DNA of 64,000 nt. Origin: an uncultured cyanobacterium (GTDB lineage: Bacteria; Cyanobacteriota; Cyanobacteriia; Cyanobacteriales; CAWUOF01). Positions within the stretch are counted from its first letter, which is position 1, and each line of letters opens with the position of its first letter. A program made the position numbers and the translations under genes. The notes beneath the pieces were generated by a model. It was not told the DNA's origin, made no database searches, and worked only from the letters and a program-made list of their open reading frames with translations. The stretch lies in contig CAVUSO010000001.1 in assembly GCA_963744145.1 (NCBI GenBank), positions 7,296,001 through 7,360,000 of the forward strand, read 5' to 3'. Below are positions 33,422 to 43,887 of the stretch, one piece after another.

Positions 33422-33528
33422 ATGAATGCCCTAACAATAGAATTACCGCTAGATGTCCCAGTTGAAGAAGCCCGATTCATACTAACGATCAAACAGTAGA
33501 AGAATTACAACAGGAGATGTATCTTTGA
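33422..33528 (+). pseudogene. UPF0175-family antitoxin remnant with internal deletion
   Basis: [24 protein letters not shown] is fused out of frame to TVEELQQEMYL*. These resemble the two ends of UPF0175 proteins. Confidence 0.6.
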
Positions 33529-33586
33529 ACTACATACAGAGCTACTTGTGTCGATCGCAAAAGTCAAACTACATAGTTAATTTCTT

Positions 33587-34507
33587 ATGAGTTCCCGTCG
33601 CATTCTCAAAACTGGTGAATCCTATCCTTTCAGCAGATACTTTGAGTTATCTTTTATTATTGATGATATTTTAGCTGAATTAGATTGTACGATCGCTAGA
33701 AAAAATTTAGCTCTAACTCAATCTTCTCAACCTGTAAACCTAGATTTTCTCCAACAACAGATTCAGCGGAATTTAGCTCACATTGATTTAGTCAATGAAA
33801 CTGCTAGACGGGAAGCTTTAATTAGTCCTGTTTTGGTTGAGGTATGCAATTTAACTGATCAGCGACTGAATATTGAATATTCTATTGAAGTCAATGATTA
33901 TCTGAAAGGAACTCTCGACTATTATATTGCTGCACCTCAAAATTTATTGGTTGTATACCAATTAACTATGAAATTGCACTTAATCTGAGGTTGATCTGTT
34001 AGGTCAGGGCAGGTTTATAATGGTGATCTGTTGGTGGCAAAATTGACTGGTGAACCTGCCCCTACCAATTTTATCCTCAATTTGCGGATTTCTGTAGTAG
34101 GGGCGGGTTCGCCCAGATTTTTGAAATTTACCAATTAATTAGAAAAACCCGCCCGGGTTCACCGAGATGTTTGACATTTACCTACTAATCATCAAAACCC
34201 ACCCTCACCCACAGATCAATATACATCAATGTATCTTCATAGTGAATTGGTAGTAGCAGCAAAACAATCGGATTTGGTGAGAGGATTTACTCAACTTGCG
34301 GTGGAATTAGTTGCTCTTGATCAATGGACTAAATCTACCTCTGATTTTATTTATGGAGTAGTTACTACTGGTGAAGATTGGTGTTTTGGCATTTACGATC
34401 GCCCAAATCGACAAGTAACTCAAGATCAAAAACGCTATCAGATTCCTGAAGATTTGTTGACACTTGTTCAGATTTTGATTAATATTGTTAGTTGCTCACC
34501 AAGATGA
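33587..34507 (+). pseudogene. PD-(D/E)xK-like (HsdR N-terminal-like) protein interrupted by MITE copy 2
   Basis: NETARRE..ISPVL, KGTLDYYI...LLVVAAK and YGVVTTGEDWCF. Excising the MITE plus one GTA restores the frame. Confidence 0.75.
33956..34252. mobile_element. ~297-bp MITE, copy 2
   Basis: Same TIRs as copy 1; GTA duplicated on both flanks. Confidence 0.95.
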
Positions 34508-34541
34508 TGTTTGTAGTAAGCGCTTACTACGAACGGAATAT

Positions 34542-36779
34542 TTATTGTAATCTTCTAATATGCAATTGAGCATCTTGGTAGCATCCTGTAAATCCTAAAT
34601 CTAAACAGAGACTAGATGCTTTTTGTAAATCTTCGATCGCACCTAATTTATCACCCATTTCAGCCCGAGTTTTTCCTCTCCCAGCTAAAGCATTAGCTGC
34701 ATTTGGATTGAGTCGTAATGCTTGGGTGAAGTCTTCGATCGCTTTGGGATAATCTTTCAATTCATAACGTGCTGTACCCCGATTAGTATAAGAAACTGCG
34801 TCAGCGGGATTAATCCGAATTGCTTGAGTAAAATCAGCGATCGCACCAACTTTATCATTAATTGCGGAACGAGATAGTCCTCGATTACTATAAATTTTAG
34901 GATCATTTGGGTTAAGTTGAATCGCATAGGTGCAATCTTCGATCGCTTTAGTATTATCTCCCAGGTTAAAATAAGCAATACAACGATTATCGTAAGCAAC
35001 TGTATTTTTCGGAGCTAATTTAATCGCTTGGGTGCAATCATCAATGGCTTTCTTATAATCTTTCAAATTTAGATTAGCTCCACCACGATTAGCATAAGCT
35101 TCTGCATCTTTGGGATTAATATTAATTACTTGACTGTAATCTTCCATTGCACCTTGGTAGTCAGCTAAAAAAAATCTAGCTCTACCGCGACTATAATAAG
35201 CATCTGCATCTTTAGGATCGATGCGAATTGCTTGGGTAAAATCTTCGATCGCTCCTCGTTTATCTCCAGAAGCAGAACGTGCTAAACCTCTTCCTTGATA
35301 AGCGATCGCATCATTAGGTTTCCATTGAATTGCTTGGGTAAAGTCTTGGATTGCGGTTTGATAATCTTGCAAATCATAATAACTTAACCCACGTTTATAA
35401 TAAGCATCAGGGTCATTGGGTTTGAGTCGTAATACTTGAGTAAAATCCTCAGCTGCTCCTTTTGGATCTTTTTGATCATACCGAGCTAAACCTCGGTTAA
35501 AATAAGCAGTCACATTATTGGGATCGAGTTGAATAGCTTGACTATAATCAGCGATCGCTTGTTGATAGTTTCCTAAATCATAAAAAGTATTGCCTCGTTT
35601 CCCATAAGTCACCACATCACTAGGATTAGCTTGTAGTGCTTGATTAAATTCCGTGATCGCACCTTTACCATCACCTGATGACAATTTTTCTATCCCACGA
35701 CTGTAAAAATTCTGGTTATTTAGTTGCGGTTGATGCCACCAGAAAATCAACCATCCTCCTAGCAATCCTAATCCTAATATTCCCACAATCCAACGCCACT
35801 TCAGTAATAAAGAATCAGAGATTTTATTAATAACTTCCTTCAGTTCTGGTTGGTTTTCTACTCTGGTGACGGTCGGGAAATTATCCTGAGTATTTTGAGA
35901 TGAGATCACTAGACGCGGTGGTGGTGGTGGTGCAACAATGGTAGTCCGAATTTTTTTTAAATCATCTAAAACTTCCCCTGCGGATTGATAGCGAATATCT
36001 AAGTCTAAATGAACCATTTTGTCAAGAATATCAGCTAGGGTATTATTAGGATGGGATGACAATCGCCACTTAAATTCACCATTGTTGCAATTATGAGGAT
36101 GTCTGAGATTTAATAATTCTTGAGGTGCTAATCCCGACAAGAGCTGAATCCCAATCATTCCAACTGCATAAATATCGCTACTAAACAGGGGATTACCTTG
36201 TAATTGTTCTAATGGCATATATAAAGAAGTCGGGATCGCATCGGTGGCGATCAATTTGTCCCCATTATTCAGAATTTGGGAATTGATTTCTTTAATTGGA
36301 CCAAAATTAATTAACACCATCTTGCCGTCCGGCTGGCGTCTAATTAAATTATCTGGTTTAATATCTAAGTGAATTACACCATTTCCGTGGACAAACACTA
36401 AAATCTCTAGGATTTCCTGGAGTAAACGGATCACTCGCTCTTCCTGGAGCGGGTTACCGACGACAATTTCGTGGGTTAAGGAGTTACCCGGAATAAACTC
36501 TTGGACTATATAAAATTCTTGGTTAACTTCAAAATAGGCTAGCAATTGGGGAATATGGTCATTTCTACCTAATTTTTCCAGGGATTCAGCCTTTTTTTTA
36601 AACAGAAGTTTAATAATTTGGATAGCTCTGGGGTTACTGCTCGGAGGACGAAGTTGTTTGACCACACATTGAGGATAATTAGGAAGACGTGTGTCAGCAG
36701 CTAAATAGGTTTGTCCAAAAGCACCCGAGCTGAGAACTTCTATTAATCGATAACGTCCATCTAAAAGTTGACCAATCAT
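34542..36779 (-). CDS. Ser/Thr kinase-fold (probable pseudokinase) - TM - TPR protein
   Basis: Hanks kinase fold with HLDIKPDN and NFG in place of DFG, one TM helix, and about 11 TPRs. Confidence 0.9.
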   Translation of the reverse strand: MIGQLLDGRYRLIEVLSSGAFGQTYLAADTRLPNYPQCVVKQLRPPSSNPRAIQIIKLLFKKKAESLEKLGRNDHIPQLLAYFEVNQEFYIVQEFIPGNSLTHEIVVGNPLQEERVIRLLQEILEILVFVHGNGVIHLDIKPDNLIRRQPDGKMVLINFGPIKEINSQILNNGDKLIATDAIPTSLYMPLEQLQGNPLFSSDIYAVGMIGIQLLSGLAPQELLNLRHPHNCNNGEFKWRLSSHPNNTLADILDKMVHLDLDIRYQSAGEVLDDLKKIRTTIVAPPPPPRLVISSQNTQDNFPTVTRVENQPELKEVINKISDSLLLKWRWIVGILGLGLLGGWLIFWWHQPQLNNQNFYSRGIEKLSSGDGKGAITEFNQALQANPSDVVTYGKRGNTFYDLGNYQQAIADYSQAIQLDPNNVTAYFNRGLARYDQKDPKGAAEDFTQVLRLKPNDPDAYYKRGLSYYDLQDYQTAIQDFTQAIQWKPNDAIAYQGRGLARSASGDKRGAIEDFTQAIRIDPKDADAYYSRGRARFFLADYQGAMEDYSQVININPKDAEAYANRGGANLNLKDYKKAIDDCTQAIKLAPKNTVAYDNRCIAYFNLGDNTKAIEDCTYAIQLNPNDPKIYSNRGLSRSAINDKVGAIADFTQAIRINPADAVSYTNRGTARYELKDYPKAIEDFTQALRLNPNAANALAGRGKTRAEMGDKLGAIEDLQKASSLCLDLGFTGCYQDAQLHIRRLQ

Positions 36780-36897
36780 GGCAGTACCTCAGTCTGTCAT
36801 TATTTAATTTTTGCATAATAGCTAAACTCCGGAGTTTAAGCAGCATGATCAACTAATATCAATTAACCCACCCCGCTTGCAATGGTCATCGCTGAAA

Positions 36898-38283
36898 ATG
36901 TCAGAACAATTACCTAGAACTGAAACTATTGCCGCGATCGCGACTGCGATTGTTCCTCAGCAAGGAAGTATTGGTATTGTAAGGTTATCAGGATCAGCAG
37001 CCATCACGATTGCTCAACAACTTTTTCATGCACCCGGACATCAAATTTGGGAAAGCCATCATATTCTCTATGGTTACATTTATCATCCCCAAACTCAACA
37101 GCTAGTCGATGAAGCTTTGTTACTGATTATGAAAGCACCACGTTCTTACACCCGTGAGGATGTGGTAGAATTTCATTGTCATGGCGGGATCATGGCTGTC
37201 CAGCAAGTGTTACAGCTTTGTTTAGGAGCTGGAGCTAAATTAGCCCAACCTGGAGAATTTACCTTACGTGCTTTTTTAAATGGACGTTTAGATTTAACTC
37301 AAGCTGAAAGTATTGCTGATTTAGTGGGAGCGCGATCGCCACAAGCTGCTCAAACTGCTCTAGCTGGGTTACAAGGTAAATTAGCGACTCCGATTCGTCA
37401 ACTGCGAACTCAATGTCTGGACATTTTAGCGGAAATTGAAGCTCGAATTGATTTTGAAGAAGATTTACCTCCCCTAAATCAAGATCAGATTATGACTCAA
37501 TTTCAGCAAATTTTGGTCAAGGTGACGAAAATTTTGGCAACTGCTCATCAAGGTGAATTATTACGCATCGGTTTAAAAGTAGCGATTGTGGGTCGTCCCA
37601 ATGTGGGAAAATCTAGTTTATTAAATGCTTGGAGTCAAACTGATCGAGCGATCGTCACTGATTTACCTGGTACAACTCGTGATGTGGTCGAATCTCATTT
37701 AGTTGTAGGTGGTATTCCCATTCAGGTATTAGATACCGCAGGGATTCGCGCAACTTTTGATCTGGTTGAACAAATGGGAGTCGAGCGATCGCTTTTAGCA
37801 GCTGAATCCGCGGATTTAATTTTGCTGACTATTGACGCTCAAGCAGGTTGGACATCAGCTGATCAAGAAATCTATGCTCAAGTCCAACATCGTCCTCTAA
37901 TTTTGGTGGTCAACAAAATTGATTTATGTGCTAAAATTGAGCAATTAGCCTTACCGAGTCCAGTGAATCGAGTTGTCTATACTGCTGCTGCTCATCACCA
38001 AGGAATTGGTGATTTAGAAACAGCAATTTTAGCAGTAGTCAATCTAGAAAACTTACAAGCTGCCAATTTAGATTTTGCCATTAATCAGCGACAATCTGCT
38101 GCCTTAACTAGAGCAAAAATTGCTTTAGAACAAGTCCAAACCACGATCGCAGCTGAACTCCCTTTAGACTTCTGGACAATTGATTTACGTGGTGCCATTC
38201 AAGCTTTAGGTGAAATTACTGGTGAAGAGATAACCGAATCAATTCTCGATCGCATTTTTAGTCGTTTTTGTATTGGCAAATAA
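36898..38283 (+). CDS. mnmE: tRNA modification GTPase MnmE (TrmE)
   Basis: [26 protein letters not shown] and C-terminal FCIGK. Confidence 0.98.
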   Translation: MSEQLPRTETIAAIATAIVPQQGSIGIVRLSGSAAITIAQQLFHAPGHQIWESHHILYGYIYHPQTQQLVDEALLLIMKAPRSYTREDVVEFHCHGGIMAVQQVLQLCLGAGAKLAQPGEFTLRAFLNGRLDLTQAESIADLVGARSPQAAQTALAGLQGKLATPIRQLRTQCLDILAEIEARIDFEEDLPPLNQDQIMTQFQQILVKVTKILATAHQGELLRIGLKVAIVGRPNVGKSSLLNAWSQTDRAIVTDLPGTTRDVVESHLVVGGIPIQVLDTAGIRATFDLVEQMGVERSLLAAESADLILLTIDAQAGWTSADQEIYAQVQHRPLILVVNKIDLCAKIEQLALPSPVNRVVYTAAAHHQGIGDLETAILAVVNLENLQAANLDFAINQRQSAALTRAKIALEQVQTTIAAELPLDFWTIDLRGAIQALGEITGEEITESILDRIFSRFCIGK

Positions 38284-38341
38284 TTATGGCTTTTCGCCCG
38301 CTAATAATCTGTATACTTTTATCTTTCTTATATTATACTAA

Positions 38342-38370
38342 TTGACAAATTTTCTAGATAGTGCTATAAA
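38342..38370 (+). promoter_or_regulatory. Candidate sigma70 promoter for the TA pair
   Basis: TTGACA-N17-TATAAA with an extended -10 TG. Confidence 0.45.
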
Positions 38371-38449
38371 CTAAATGTATCTATTTTTACCAAAGTCAAA
38401 ATTTTCAATACCTCCGCTTAAATTAACTTAGATTATTTTTTTTAAACCC

Positions 38450-38719
38450 ATGATGCAAATTACGATAGAACTTCCTCAAGAAATCGGAGAACAACTGGAA
38501 AAACAATGGGGAAATCTTCCCCAAAAAACACTAGAAGCATTTGTAATAGAAGCTTACCGTCAAGGGATACTGTCTTCGAGAGAAATCCAAAGTTTGCTGA
38601 AATTATCCTCTCGGTGGGCTACGGAAAAATTTCTGCAACAATATGATGTCTATCCTAATTATAATCAAGAAGATTTAGAACAAGATATTAAAACTATTGA
38701 AAATCTTTATCGTCCATGA
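38450..38719 (+). CDS. UPF0175-family antitoxin
   Basis: MQITIELP...EAYRQGILS...LLKLSSRW...NYNQEDLEQD; ATGA overlap with the PIN gene. Confidence 0.8.
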   Translation: MMQITIELPQEIGEQLEKQWGNLPQKTLEAFVIEAYRQGILSSREIQSLLKLSSRWATEKFLQQYDVYPNYNQEDLEQDIKTIENLYRP

Positions 38720-39490
38720 TAGTTATTGCTGATACTTCTACTATCTGTTATCTAATTCTAATTGAAGAGATTGAAATTTTAGCTCAACTATTTGGAAAGA
38801 TTGTTATACCTAATGCGGTCAAAAATGAACTAATAGCTGATGACGCTCCTGACCCAGTAAAAGATTGGATCAGGATACCACCTCTATGGCTTGAAGAAAT
38901 ATCATTAACTTTAATGATAGATTCATCTTTGTCTAAGTTACATCCTGGTGAACAAGAAGTAATTATTCTGGCGGAAGAAATAGCAGCTAATTTGGTTATT
39001 CTGGACGAAAAGTCAGCTAGGAAAATAGCTTGGCAAAGAGGCTTAAAAATTATTGGTTTATACCAATTAACTATGAAATTGCACTTAATCTGAGGTTGAT
39101 CTGTTAGAGTCAGGGCAGGTTTATAATGGTGATCTGTTGGTGGCAAAATTGACTGGTGAACCTGCCCCTACCAATTTTATCCTCAATTTGCGGATTTCTG
39201 TAGTAGGGGCGGGTTCGCCCAGATTTTTGAAATTTACCAATTAATTAGAAAAACCCGCCCGGGTTCACCGAGATGTTTGACATTTACCTACTAATCATCA
39301 AAACCCACCCTCACCCACAGATCAATATACATCAATGTATCTTCATGGTGAATTGGTATTATTAGGTATTCTTGATTTAGCCGCAACCCAGAATTTGATT
39401 GATTTACCTTTGGTAATTGAAAGATTAAAAAATACAAATTTCCGAATATCTAATCATCTGGTTCAAACTCTTATAGATCGTCATCAATAA
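38716..39490 (+). pseudogene. DUF3368 PIN-domain toxin interrupted by MITE copy 3
   Basis: MIVIADTS, LHPGEQE and ILDEKSAR. After the MITE the frame continues LGILDLAA...TNFRISNHLVQTLIDRHQ*. Confidence 0.88.
39061..39358. mobile_element. ~297-bp MITE, copy 3
   Basis: Same TIRs as copies 1 and 2; TTA duplicated on both flanks. Confidence 0.95.
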
Positions 39491-39547
39491 TAAAAATGGT
39501 TTTTCAGTACATAGTATGCTAGTTTTTAAATAAAAATCCCCAAAGTA

Positions 39548-42262
39548 TTAGTTAATATGAGAATCAATCCATTTCAAAATTCCTTCATCATCAAATTCTT
39601 GAGCTAATTTCAAAATTTCCTGGCAAAAATTCCGATATTGCGGGTCAAACTCTTGTAACAGATTAACTTCCCGTTCAACTTTTTCAATATCACCGATTCG
39701 CGCAGCTTTCTGTAAAGATTCTAATTCTGCAAGGGAAGGTATAACCATTATTTTATCTTCATTCACTTCCGGTTTAACCGCAGTAAAATCCGGATTAATG
39801 ATCCATTCTATTTCCAACCGATTTCTCAATTTCTCCAACAGTTCTGGTAATTGGATTGGTTTGAGTAAAAAATCATCACTATTAAAGGGAAGTATCTGTC
39901 GATCGCTGAGAGAAAAATTATTAACAGACATCGCAATAATCGGTATTTTTTGCAATTCCGGTGAATCTTTTAGATGTCGAATCATCTCCATTCCATTCAT
40001 TTTTGGCATCACTAAATCAGTTAAAATTAAATCAGGTTTAGCGATCGCTGCTTTTTCCAAACCTTCTACTCCATCACTTGCTTCGAGCAACTCAAACCCA
40101 TAAGGTTTAAGTAAATCAATCATTAAAGTTCGACTTTCAGTGCGATTATCTACTACCAATAATTTCACTAACTCCCGACCAGTAAAACCAGTAATTATTT
40201 CTGGTTGAGTATATTTAGCTAGTTCTCCTTTTTCTACTCCTAATTCTAGGTTTAAATCAAAATGGAAATCACTTCCTGTACCTAATTCCGAAGAAACTTG
40301 TAAAGTTGAATCCATCAGTTGTAATATTTTTTGACTAATCGCTAGTCCTAATCCCGTCCCTTCCGCTTTACGTTGATTTTCTCCTACCTGTTCAAAAGGT
40401 AAAAAGATTTTATCTATTTGATCAGCAGTAATCCCTACCCCAGTATCTTGAACTGCAAACCGGATTTTTGTAGTTATTTGTCCTTGTTTAGTCACCTGAT
40501 TATTACCCAGTCCGATCACTTTCAAGGTAACCGAACCCTGATCAGTAAATTTAATTGCATTACCTAATAAATTGATTAATACCTGTCGTAACCGTTTTTC
40601 ATCAATCCGGACTCGTTCCGGTAAATTTTCGGCAAATTCACATTGAAAAATTAAATCTTTTGCTTCTGCTTTAATTCGACAAATTTCTGCTACACCTACC
40701 AAAAAACTTGGGAAATATATATCATGAACATAAATATCTAACTTTCTGGCTTCAATTTTTGCTAAGTCTAACAATTCATTAATCAGATTTAATAAATAGG
40801 AACCACTTTCATAAATAATATTGATACCTTTGCGATCGTCTTTAGTCAAATTTTGAGAACGTTGTAAAATTTGGGTATAACCTAAAATCCCATTGAGGGG
40901 TGTTCTAAGTTCATGACTCATCGAAGAGAGAAACTCGCTTTTAGCTTGATTAGCAGAGTCAGCATTTTCTTTAGCTAACTCTAATTCATGAGTTCTTTCT
41001 TTTACTTTTTCTTCCAAGGTTTGAGCATATTCAGCTAACGCTTCGTTGGCTTTTTTTAGCCGGAATTGATTATAATAATTACTAATTAAAATTCCGCTAG
41101 CGACAATTGCTAAAAATGGCGCAAAAAATGGGATTACCCAACCTTGTAAAAAAGCAGTATAGCTAATTAACCAAAGACATATTCCGGCTAAAATAATCAT
41201 CAAACCTGTACTGAGAAAGAACCAATTTTTCCCAGCAATTTTTTTCCGCAAAACCTCCCAAGTGCTAATAGCACTAACTAAAGACCACAGAACAATCCAA
41301 AGTTGATTGACCCATAGCGACCAAACTTGCAATTGATAGCGTCCATCTAAAGCACCGCTTACAATTTGACTACAAATATTCCCGTGAACTACTACACCTG
41401 GAGTAAATAATTTTTGGTTAAATAATGAATTACTATAAGGTGTTTGTAAAATATCGTTGAGACTCAGAGCTGTCACTCCAATTAAGACGATGCGATCGCG
41501 CATGAACCCAGGAGGAATCTGGTTTTTTAATACTTCAGTTAGTGATATGCTAGGAAATTTTTCTAACTGTCCTCGATAATTTAGTAAAAGCTGATATCCT
41601 CCTGTATCTTTTTGGACATAACCCCCTTCATTTCCCTGTAATGGAATCAAAGTAGTTCGACCTAAACCATATTTTTTCTGTTTTTTATCTAATATTTTTG
41701 GTTCAATTCCTTTCTGTTTTAGATAAAATAATGCTAATTTCATTCCCAAGCTTTCTTTTCCTTGCACCGACAATAAAGCTCGACGTACATTACCATCACT
41801 ATCAATGCTCAGATCGGATGCGGCAACTTGGTCAAGTTGATCTAAAGTGGGTGGAGGTGGAATTTTTTCGGGTGTGACTTTTTCCAAACCGATCAGGTTT
41901 GGTGTAGCTTTATATAAAGCAATTAACTGCTGATGTCCTGGTTCTACGGGGATGTCTCGATATAAATCCATCCCAATCACAGCAGGTTTTTGAGCCTTAA
42001 TATATTTTAGCAGTTGGGTTAAGGTCAAATCAGACATTGGCCATTGCCCGACAGCTTTAATATCAGCTTCTCCTGCTGTGACGATGACAATACGATTATC
42101 CGGTGGTTCTGATGAACGTAGACCAAAAAATTGGTCAATTGTTACCCATTCAAGCAATTGGAAAGCACCTGTGATGTTTCCAACTATGACTAATCCACTT
42201 ACAATCAGGGCAATGACAAGAATTTCTCGCCATTCTAACCATTTTCGGATCGGCAGTTTCAT
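39548..42262 (-). CDS. CHASE2-domain hybrid histidine kinase
   Basis: CHASE2 motifs ([31 protein letters not shown]), three TM helices, [10 protein letters not shown] and a receiver domain. Confidence 0.93.
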   Translation of the reverse strand: MKLPIRKWLEWREILVIALIVSGLVIVGNITGAFQLLEWVTIDQFFGLRSSEPPDNRIVIVTAGEADIKAVGQWPMSDLTLTQLLKYIKAQKPAVIGMDLYRDIPVEPGHQQLIALYKATPNLIGLEKVTPEKIPPPPTLDQLDQVAASDLSIDSDGNVRRALLSVQGKESLGMKLALFYLKQKGIEPKILDKKQKKYGLGRTTLIPLQGNEGGYVQKDTGGYQLLLNYRGQLEKFPSISLTEVLKNQIPPGFMRDRIVLIGVTALSLNDILQTPYSNSLFNQKLFTPGVVVHGNICSQIVSGALDGRYQLQVWSLWVNQLWIVLWSLVSAISTWEVLRKKIAGKNWFFLSTGLMIILAGICLWLISYTAFLQGWVIPFFAPFLAIVASGILISNYYNQFRLKKANEALAEYAQTLEEKVKERTHELELAKENADSANQAKSEFLSSMSHELRTPLNGILGYTQILQRSQNLTKDDRKGINIIYESGSYLLNLINELLDLAKIEARKLDIYVHDIYFPSFLVGVAEICRIKAEAKDLIFQCEFAENLPERVRIDEKRLRQVLINLLGNAIKFTDQGSVTLKVIGLGNNQVTKQGQITTKIRFAVQDTGVGITADQIDKIFLPFEQVGENQRKAEGTGLGLAISQKILQLMDSTLQVSSELGTGSDFHFDLNLELGVEKGELAKYTQPEIITGFTGRELVKLLVVDNRTESRTLMIDLLKPYGFELLEASDGVEGLEKAAIAKPDLILTDLVMPKMNGMEMIRHLKDSPELQKIPIIAMSVNNFSLSDRQILPFNSDDFLLKPIQLPELLEKLRNRLEIEWIINPDFTAVKPEVNEDKIMVIPSLAELESLQKAARIGDIEKVEREVNLLQEFDPQYRNFCQEILKLAQEFDDEGILKWIDSHIN

Positions 42263-42270
42263 TAACTAAG

Positions 42271-43542
42271 TTATAGTTGTTCCTGCAAAGGTTTTTCGGC
42301 TAAAGATTCTAATTTTACTTGCTTTAACAAATCAGACCATTCTTTGGCCAAATTTGCATCAGTTGGATGGGTGAAACGAGCTGAACTTAATATGCTCAGG
42401 GTATCATACCAAATTCCCGACTTGCCATATAAAGCTGCTAGTTGGATCACATTTAAAGACCCCGATGCTGATGGAGCTGGAACACGCTTTACCCATCCGT
42501 TAATACTGTAAGCATCCGGACGCATAATTTCACCTGGTTTGAGCAGAATGATTGACCATTGATAAGGTTTGCCCATTTCTAAAGGTGGTGCATCTTGGGG
42601 TAATTGAACCCCCACAATACCTCCAGTTTTGTGTAATTCTAGATTTGTTTGATAGTGATACAGTCGATCTTCACTATAAACACTCAAGAAAACATTCTTA
42701 GCGGGTGTATTAGGAATATAGAAAAAGAAAGTTGGATGTTCAGATATTGTTAAACCAATATTGGTGTTTGGTAATAAGGCTGTTGGATAAAGAGTTAGAC
42801 TATCGCTCCGAGAACCTCCTCCTTTGGTGCTGACGGGTTGTTGGTCATCGGTCGAGCCAAAATCTACATCTCCCCGAGAACCTCCTCCTTTGGTAATATG
42901 AGGAGTCTGATCATCAGTTGAGGTGAAATCTACATCTCCCCGAGAACCTCCTCCTTTGACGGTATTGGGAGTCTGATCATCAGTTGAGGTGAAACCGATA
43001 TCCCCTCGAGAACCTCCTCCTTTAACTGTGGTCGGAGTTTTATCCTCAATGGAGCTGAAACTGATCATTCCCCGAGAACCTCCACCCCTAACTGTAGTTG
43101 GGGTTTCGTCTTCAATTGAGCTAAAGTTGATACTGCCCCGAGAACCTCCACCTCTAACTGTGGTTGGGGTTTCGTCTTCAATTGAGCTAAAGTTGATACT
43201 GCCCCGAGAACCTCCACCCCTAACTGTGTTGGGTGTTTGATCATCAGTACCAGTAAAGTTGATACTGCCCCGAGAACCTCCACCCCTAACTGTGTTGGGT
43301 GCTTGATCATCAGTAGTAGTAAAGTTGATATTGCCTCGAGAACCTCCCCCTAACAGTTTATAGGCAGTTTCGTTAGTAGGTGGTGCAAATTGAATATCAT
43401 TTGCTGAAAAAATATGAAGATTAACTGGCACTTCACCAGCATAACTCATGGTAGCCCCTAATGCTACTGATGATGCGATCGCTACTATTCCTAGTTGACG
43501 ATGTATTCTTCTATACTGTCCAGCTTTTTTTGGCCTTTTCAT
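42271..43542 (-). CDS. DUF928 family exported protein with tandem 22-aa GGGSRG repeats
   Basis: Signal-peptide-like N-terminus, nine GGGSR motifs at a 66-nt period, and a DUF928 core (ALLP, PTFFFYIP, GIWYDTL, WSDLLKQVKL). Confidence 0.9.
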   Translation of the reverse strand: MKRPKKAGQYRRIHRQLGIVAIASSVALGATMSYAGEVPVNLHIFSANDIQFAPPTNETAYKLLGGGSRGNINFTTTDDQAPNTVRGGGSRGSINFTGTDDQTPNTVRGGGSRGSINFSSIEDETPTTVRGGGSRGSINFSSIEDETPTTVRGGGSRGMISFSSIEDKTPTTVKGGGSRGDIGFTSTDDQTPNTVKGGGSRGDVDFTSTDDQTPHITKGGGSRGDVDFGSTDDQQPVSTKGGGSRSDSLTLYPTALLPNTNIGLTISEHPTFFFYIPNTPAKNVFLSVYSEDRLYHYQTNLELHKTGGIVGVQLPQDAPPLEMGKPYQWSIILLKPGEIMRPDAYSINGWVKRVPAPSASGSLNVIQLAALYGKSGIWYDTLSILSSARFTHPTDANLAKEWSDLLKQVKLESLAEKPLQEQL

Positions 43543-43887
43543 GGTAGTAAATTACCCTCTCTTTGGAATGGCTATCAACACAATTATATATTTCGTATAC
43601 TAATCTTTATCTTAGTACAACTAATTGCTTGATTCTCAACTTTATCTATTTTTTACAATTGCTTGATTCTCAACTTTATCTTTATCCGATATTTATTCAA
43701 CATTGTCTAATGTCTAGGTCACCAAAGCTTAAAATTAGCTTATTAATTCCTTAACCTAGACATCTTATAATTATACATTTTACCAAATCTGATAATTGTA
43801 TTATTCATTACTTAATTGGACTTCTTGCTAAAATAATTTGGACAGATAGCTGGCCTGCCCCATCTCTGGTCGCCATAATTTTCAGAA

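Noticed and set aside
34229..34507. Separate 92-aa gene
   Set aside because: Its ATG lies in the MITE right end; it is the 3' half of the interrupted gene starting at 33587.
42805..43350. CRISPR-like look of the 66-bp periodic repeat
   Set aside because: The linkers are homologous to one another, and variation follows codon positions within an intact ORF, so this is a protein repeat.
43563..43754. 63-aa ORF
   Set aside because: TTG start, low complexity, and it spans the intergenic direct repeats opposite the operon direction.
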